Part shown: positions 45,755-47,132 of the stretch, in pieces
Numbering within the stretch: the first letter of the stretch is position 1
Layout of the letters: each line of letters opens with the position of its first letter
Assembly (NCBI GenBank): GCA_945872015.1
Contig: CAMBYJ010000001.1
Coordinates: 1 to 47,132, forward strand
From: Chitinophaga pinensis
GTDB taxonomy: Bacteria; Bacteroidota; Bacteroidia; AKYH767-A; OLB10
DNA length: 47,132 nt
Direction of reading: 5' to 3'
Program-made: the position numbers and the translations under genes
The notes under the pieces: model-generated
Databases searched by the model: none
Told to the model about the DNA's origin: nothing
Seen by the model: the letters and a program-made list of their open reading frames with translations, nothing else

Positions 45755-47132
45755 ATGAAAAAAATTTACGCATTTATTGTAGCGTTTGTAATGTCATTAA
45801 CATTGGCTAATGCACAGTATTATTACTTGCCATATCCAAATGCAGGGACTAACCCTGGTGGATTAAATGTAGAAACCGAATATCCTGTTGGTACTGGGTT
45901 ATCATCATCCTGGACTGTCATCTCAGGAAGTTCTGCTGCGCCAAAATGGTCTTCAATTGTTACATTGCCATTTACTTTCCAATTTAACGGGGTTGGATAT
46001 ACGCAGTTTAAAGTTTCTACGAGTGGTGTACTAACTTTCTCAACTGGAGCTACAGCTGTTCCACCTGCAACTCGTGTTCCTCTTCCAAATGCAAACATTC
46101 CTGACAATTCAATTTGTGTATTAGGAATTAAAGGTTCAGGTACAAATGATAGTATCGTAACACAAACATTTGGTGTCGCTGGAAGTCAACAAACATGGGT
46201 GTTGTTTTCATCTTATACGTCTGTTGCAAATGCGTCAATATGGTCTTATTGGTCAATCGTCTTGGAAGAAGGCACAAACAATATTTATATCGTTGACCAG
46301 AGACATGCAGGAGCAGTTGCTGTATCATTAGGATTACAATACAATCCAACATCTGCATTAATGGTTACTGGTTCTCCTAATTTACTTTCACTTGCTGGTT
46401 CTGATCCTACTCCTGTAGATAATAGTTATTATGCTTTCATCTACGGAACACAGGCTGCTGATCAGGCTAAATTGCGTAAGATTTCTGTGGATCCTTATGT
46501 ATTAGTCCCTGGAACATCAACTCTAACAGGCGAAATTCAAAACCTAGGAGCTAATACTATTAGCAATGTTGATGTGAAGTATGAAGTGAATGGAATTGTT
46601 TATACTTCTACATTATCAAACATCAACTTAACATCTGGTAACGTTTATGCATTTACCCATAATACTCCAATCAATGTTACTGTTGCTAATCCATACCCAA
46701 CAAAAGTTTGGGTTGATTTAGCAAATGATGCTGACCGTACGGATGATACATTAAACACGATGGTTACAGGTTTATCTTATTTACCAGAAAAACGTGTCTT
46801 AATAGAAGAAGCAACTGGGACATGGTGCGGCTATTGCCCTCGTGGCGCTGTTTATACAGAGCAAATCGATACCGTACATCAAGATTATGCAATCGTTGTA
46901 GCAGTTCATAATAGCGACCCTATGGCAAACGCTGCATACGATGCAGGCATAGGAACATTAATCGGTGGCTACCCTAGCGGATGTGTTGATCGTAAATCAA
47001 ATGATGTAGATCCTACAAATTTCGAAGCTACTTACCAAGATAGAATTAATGATGTTAGTCCTGCAGATGTAGGTGTTAGTGCAACGTATAACGCAGTTAC
47101 CCGTCAGGTTGATATTAATGTATCTACAACAT
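45755..47132 (+). CDS. Secreted Omp28-related / thioredoxin-fold protein (partial; 3' end off window).
   Basis: Absent from the ORF track. I hand-translated 459 codons with no stop. The signal peptide is MKKIYAFIVAFVMSLTLANAQ. A NIDO-like stretch reads IVTLPFTFQFNGVGYTQFKVSTSGVLTF. The Cys motif EEATGTWCGYCPRG is typical of Omp28-related proteins as I recall them. Confidence 0.7.
   Translation, partial: MKKIYAFIVAFVMSLTLANAQYYYLPYPNAGTNPGGLNVETEYPVGTGLSSSWTVISGSSAAPKWSSIVTLPFTFQFNGVGYTQFKVSTSGVLTFSTGATAVPPATRVPLPNANIPDNSICVLGIKGSGTNDSIVTQTFGVAGSQQTWVLFSSYTSVANASIWSYWSIVLEEGTNNIYIVDQRHAGAVAVSLGLQYNPTSALMVTGSPNLLSLAGSDPTPVDNSYYAFIYGTQAADQAKLRKISVDPYVLVPGTSTLTGEIQNLGANTISNVDVKYEVNGIVYTSTLSNINLTSGNVYAFTHNTPINVTVANPYPTKVWVDLANDADRTDDTLNTMVTGLSYLPEKRVLIEEATGTWCGYCPRGAVYTEQIDTVHQDYAIVVAVHNSDPMANAAYDAGIGTLIGGYPSGCVDRKSNDVDPTNFEATYQDRINDVSPADVGVSATYNAVTRQVDINVSTT

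Noticed and set aside
45823-46358. Minus-strand ORFs 45823-46107 and 46128-46358.
   Set aside because: They are antisense to the edge-truncated plus-strand Omp28-like gene (45755 to the end), which has a consensus promoter, a signal peptide and a CxxC motif.
1-47132. Search for CRISPR arrays, IS elements or transposases, integrases, prophage genes, toxin-antitoxin pairs or known defence systems.
   Set aside because: I saw no regularly spaced direct repeats, no terminal inverted repeats flanking a transposase-like ORF, no recombinase or RT motifs, and no direct repeat of a tRNA 3' end. The only nuclease-like gene is the small GIY-YIG ORF.

Overview
This is an AT-rich chromosome segment that looks Bacteroidota-like. 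The evidence is type-A T9SS C-terminal sorting domains, SprB-type Cys repeats, TAnnTTTG promoter boxes, lipoboxes and a Wzi/RemB-like gene. I count about 33 protein genes and two tRNAs (Gln-TTG on the minus strand, Asn-GTT on the plus strand). I found no rRNA, CRISPR array, transposase, integrase, reverse transcriptase or recognisable defence gene.

The ORF track omits two edge-truncated genes, which I read directly from the sequence. One is a giant minus-strand adhesin-like gene filling 1-5662 (at least 1887 codons, C-terminus outside the window). The other is a plus-strand Omp28/thioredoxin-like gene from 45755 to the window end.

Most of the coding content is envelope or secreted proteins:
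- two proteins with clear T9SS tails
- an M36 metalloprotease
- an OmpA-like lipoprotein
- a large outer-membrane barrel
- a lytic transglycosylase
- a WecA-like transferase
- a flippase

These are interspersed with housekeeping genes: xth, thioredoxin, crotonase, a B12-binding domain, an SDR, PhnA, a PfkB kinase, SOD, BCCP and a large sensor kinase.

I cannot point with confidence to one complete novel system. The best candidates, in order, are:
1. The tRNA-Asn locus (34566-35535). The tRNA sits about 150 nt downstream of a consensus tRNA-type promoter, is followed by GC-rich nested hairpins, and is flanked by one intact and at least one decayed small GIY-YIG nuclease cassette, each behind a sibling hairpin terminator.
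2. A tightly coupled three-gene operon of signal-peptide proteins with no recognisable domains (24594-27391), preceded by a 63-nt GC-rich hairpin element.
3. A five-gene envelope operon (14476-20011): OmpA-like coiled-coil lipoprotein, ten-repeat protein, Wzi/RemB-like protein, flippase and thioredoxin.

All family assignments are motif-level recognition from memory. No database search, folding or statistics program was run.
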